28,224 bases of DNA from a virus (lineage: Duplodnaviria > Caudoviricetes): the IMG/VR virus record IMGVR_UViG_3300022181_000145, positions 1 through 28,224 of that record, one strand, 5' to 3'. Positions within the stretch are counted from its first letter, which is position 1. Each line of letters begins with the position of its first letter. Under the pieces are notes generated by a model, which did not search any database, had not been told where the DNA came from, and saw only the letters and a program-made list of their open reading frames with translations. Shown here in pieces: positions 25,811 through 28,224 of this stretch. The translations under genes were made by a program, and so were the position numbers.

Positions 25811-26396
25811 CAAAGTGCAATACCTGTTGGAGAACAGTAAGCCGATAGAAGAAGCATTGGACGAAGAAATTGTCGACCTTGCCGGATACCAAGTCACAAA
25901 GGCGGAGCTTTTTGCCCATACCCGCGAACCGGCTGTTACCATATGGGAAAATCGCCTGAAATTCAATATGGCCTGTCTGCGCCGATTCCCAGGAGTAACG
26001 CATATCCAGATCTTGATTCACCCGGAGCAGAAGCGGCTCATCATTCGCCCCTGCGATCCAGACACTCCCGATTCTCTGCGATGGGCAATTGGAGGAGGAG
26101 AAAAGGAAATAAAAAACCGAGATCTCCTGTGTAAAGTCTTTTCGGCAAGAGTTTTCGACTTTATGCAATGGAGTCCTCAGTATCGCTATAAGCTGCTGGG
26201 AAAACCGGCTACTTGCGACGGCGAAGTCCTGTTTATGTTCAAGCTAACGGATTTCGAGTTGTTCGTTAGCGGCAAGCGGAAAGGCTCCTTCTTGCCTGAG
26301 GAGTGGCGCAATTACTTTGGAATCCCGGTCGAGCAGCATGAACAGGCATACAAAGTTGACCTCGCAGACGGTTATATAACAACCGACAGAGTATAG
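25800..26396 (+). CDS. Hypothetical protein, paralog of the recombinase-3 C-terminal domain
   Basis: 'LAGYQV..PAVTI..FNMAC..IHP..IRPC..SLRW..PEEW..FG'; overlaps the recombinase end by 11 nt. Confidence 0.85.
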   Translation: MENNKVQYLLENSKPIEEALDEEIVDLAGYQVTKAELFAHTREPAVTIWENRLKFNMACLRRFPGVTHIQILIHPEQKRLIIRPCDPDTPDSLRWAIGGGEKEIKNRDLLCKVFSARVFDFMQWSPQYRYKLLGKPATCDGEVLFMFKLTDFELFVSGKRKGSFLPEEWRNYFGIPVEQHEQAYKVDLADGYITTDRV

Positions 26397-26409
26397 AGGA
26401 GGTACCAAA

Positions 26410-26856
26410 GTGCAGGATGACTTCAACATAAACGAGATCAGTCTTGATGGTTTCCAAGTTGTTAGAGGACAGTATTTCAGCCGCCAGCTTGAACCATCGT
26501 TCACCATTTGGTACAGCAGTGTTTCTTTTAATACCGCCGCTTTTAACGCTCTCAATAACTGCGAATCGATTTCGATAATGGTGAACAACAACACTCGGTG
26601 TGTAATAATAAAGCCAATCCCGTCCAAAGACAGGGATGCAATAAGCTGGCTTAAACCGCCGGACAGTAAGAAGTACCGGAAACTGGAATGCTCAAAATTT
26701 ACCCATCAGCTATATGATTTATGGGGCATGGACAAAGAATTGCATTACCGTACCAATGGCAGACTTGTCAAGGCCGATAAGAAACTTATGCTGCTATTCG
26801 ATTTTTCCAAGCCGGAAGCATGGCGTGGGGTGAAGATGGTGAGTGACTTTGAGTGA
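26410..26856 (+). CDS. Hypothetical protein, paralog of the same domain
   Basis: 'LDGFQVVRGQYF..PSFTI..FNTAA..IKP..ISW..CSKF..YR..G..LFDFS'; RBS GGAGG, GTG start. Confidence 0.85.
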   Translation: MQDDFNINEISLDGFQVVRGQYFSRQLEPSFTIWYSSVSFNTAAFNALNNCESISIMVNNNTRCVIIKPIPSKDRDAISWLKPPDSKKYRKLECSKFTHQLYDLWGMDKELHYRTNGRLVKADKKLMLLFDFSKPEAWRGVKMVSDFE

Positions 26857-27229
26857 AAATACTTGCATTTCGTTTTATCTCAACGAGAATAAAATACACG
26901 TATTTTGCGATACCGTAAGAGCTATCGGAGAACCACCATATGTTCGCTTTCTGTTAAATGCAGATGGCACATCAATGATTATGGCGCCTTATAATAAAAA
27001 AGAGTTTCAGTCTATGCGTGTGCCAAAAGCGGTGTACAATAAAACCGGGAAGATGGAGTTTCGCAGCGTCGGCTTCTGTAGGCTACTCTCACACAGGCTC
27101 GGTTGGGAACAAGGGCATTCATATCGCATCCCAGGTAAAGTTCTAATAAAGCAGAGCCTGGTTTTGTTTGATTTGACGTGCGCCGTGAAGATTGGGGTTG
27201 TTGCTGGCGTTGAGGCAGCGCAACGATGA
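26843..27229 (+). CDS. Hypothetical protein, more divergent paralog of the same domain
   Basis: 'PYVRFLLN..MAP..S.GF..LGW..SYRIPG..VLFDLT'; overlaps the previous gene by 14 nt. Confidence 0.7.
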   Translation: MTLSENTCISFYLNENKIHVFCDTVRAIGEPPYVRFLLNADGTSMIMAPYNKKEFQSMRVPKAVYNKTGKMEFRSVGFCRLLSHRLGWEQGHSYRIPGKVLIKQSLVLFDLTCAVKIGVVAGVEAAQR

Positions 27230-27414
27230 TTTAGCTTGCCATGTATACTAACCGATCTGGTCGAGTACAGCGAACTTTTCGAACAGGGTGCGAACGCCAA
27301 GGGGGCTTCGACCGATAACCCAGTAGTAGCTAAAGTCACCAAATCTATATCTACATCTACGCATAATAAAATGCCTCACATTAAAGAAAACAGAGATTTA
27401 GTCCAGGAAGCGTT

Positions 27415-28224
27415 TCAGTGGTCGCGGTTCTTTTTATAGAGCAGCAAAAGAGCCACTAGTCCGATTATTATCAGAAGAACGTAGAATACAGGGTAGAAGA
27501 TATGGCTGATCATGGTCGGATACGGCAGGCTACGTAGGGGCAGCATAGCCAGGCGCATGACAGAAAACCAAATGCCATATAACAGGAAAGCCGCGCCCTG
27601 CGACAAACGCCGCCGGAAATAGAGCCACAATATGGGTGCTAACCCCAACAATGCCAGAGTTAATTCAAATAATTGCGTGGGAAACAAATATATCTTTGGA
27701 TTGCTGTTTCCAATCAGGGCAAACAGGCTGCTTATTAGTTCGGTTTCACCAGCCGACATGGGGAAAGCCACGCCCCAGCGGGAATTAGTGGCAACGCCGG
27801 CGCAACAACCATTTAAGTAGCAACCAACGCGGGCGAGCGCAAAAGCAAGACCCGCAGGCAGCACGAAGGCGTCCAAGAGGCGCCAGGCTGAAACGCGGGC
27901 CAGAAGTGAATAAAGCAAGAGAGCACCTAAGGCACCCAGGATGCCTCCGTATATGGATAGCCCGGCTAGCCGTAGGGTAAAAACATGCAGCGAGCCGCCG
28001 TAAGCCGCCGGGTTTATGGCATAGTTGAACAGCCGTGCGCCAACCAAGAACGCTGCTGCCATAGCGAGCAATAACACGAGTGCGCGCCGAATCGGCAGCC
28101 CTTCCCTTTTGAGAAGGGGAAGGGCTGCCGCAATGCCGACGAGCGCGCCTAACAGCGAAAACAGGGCATAGGATTTAATAACAAACGACATGCCAAACAG
28201 ATCAAAAACAATCTCCGGTCGCAT
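27415..28224 (-). CDS. lgt: Prolipoprotein diacylglyceryl transferase (Lgt) family membrane protein, probably chromosomal
   Basis: Multiple TM helices; 'SYAL', 'GARL', 'GLSIYGG', 'ARVGCYLNGCC.G', 'WGV.FP', 'PTQLFE'. The start lies at the window edge. Confidence 0.8.
   Translation of the reverse strand: MRPEIVFDLFGMSFVIKSYALFSLLGALVGIAAALPLLKREGLPIRRALVLLLAMAAAFLVGARLFNYAINPAAYGGSLHVFTLRLAGLSIYGGILGALGALLLYSLLARVSAWRLLDAFVLPAGLAFALARVGCYLNGCCAGVATNSRWGVAFPMSAGETELISSLFALIGNSNPKIYLFPTQLFELTLALLGLAPILWLYFRRRLSQGAAFLLYGIWFSVMRLAMLPLRSLPYPTMISHIFYPVFYVLLIIIGLVALLLLYKKNRDH

Larger units (their letters stand above)
22170..27300. mobile_element. Second integrative module: XRE/XRE switch, AAA ATPase, LSR and three paralogous small genes
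   Basis: Has its own regulatory switch and recombinase, is visibly more AT-rich than the phage structural genes and lacks virion genes. Boundaries are approximate. Confidence 0.65.

Noticed and set aside
22170-27415. Direct repeat marking both ends of the second element
   Set aside because: Only a 7-bp AGGGTGC match was seen by eye, which is not significant; att sites could not be assigned.
27236-27439. 67-aa ORF after the last paralog gene
   Set aside because: No RBS or recognisable motif, and it overlaps the lgt 3' end; probably junction sequence.
1-28224. tRNA, rRNA, IS transposase or intron
   Set aside because: No cloverleaf, rRNA-like tract, DDE transposase or interrupted gene was recognised by eye. 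tRNAscan-SE and Infernal would be needed to exclude small RNAs.

Overview
The window holds the right-hand part of a Firmicutes (Clostridia-type) siphovirus prophage (1 to ~22,165), followed by a second, apparently independent mobile module (~22,170 to 27,300) and a probable host lgt-family gene. The prophage order is: C5 DNA methyltransferase C-terminus, an accessory cluster of small genes, terminase, portal, ClpP-type protease, HK97 capsid, head-tail genes, major tail protein, frameshifted tail chaperone, an AT-rich moron, tape measure, tail spike, holin, amidase, an HTH/Zn-finger gene, a small SHOCT-like gene and two tandem large serine recombinases (LSRs). The second module has divergent XRE regulators with four 15-bp operators, an AAA_25-type ATPase and a third LSR. 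The usual Zn-ribbon/coiled-coil tail of that LSR is replaced by a ~130-aa domain that recurs as three stand-alone downstream genes. This four-copy domain array is the strongest candidate for an undescribed system. Other highlights are a UDG-fold-like moron followed by an ADP-ribosylglycohydrolase-like remnant (possible prophage-encoded anti-phage glycosylase), a probable ATC start codon for the terminase, a four-copy promoter-like motif, and no visible Dit gene. All family calls come from recognising motifs by eye; no searches were run.
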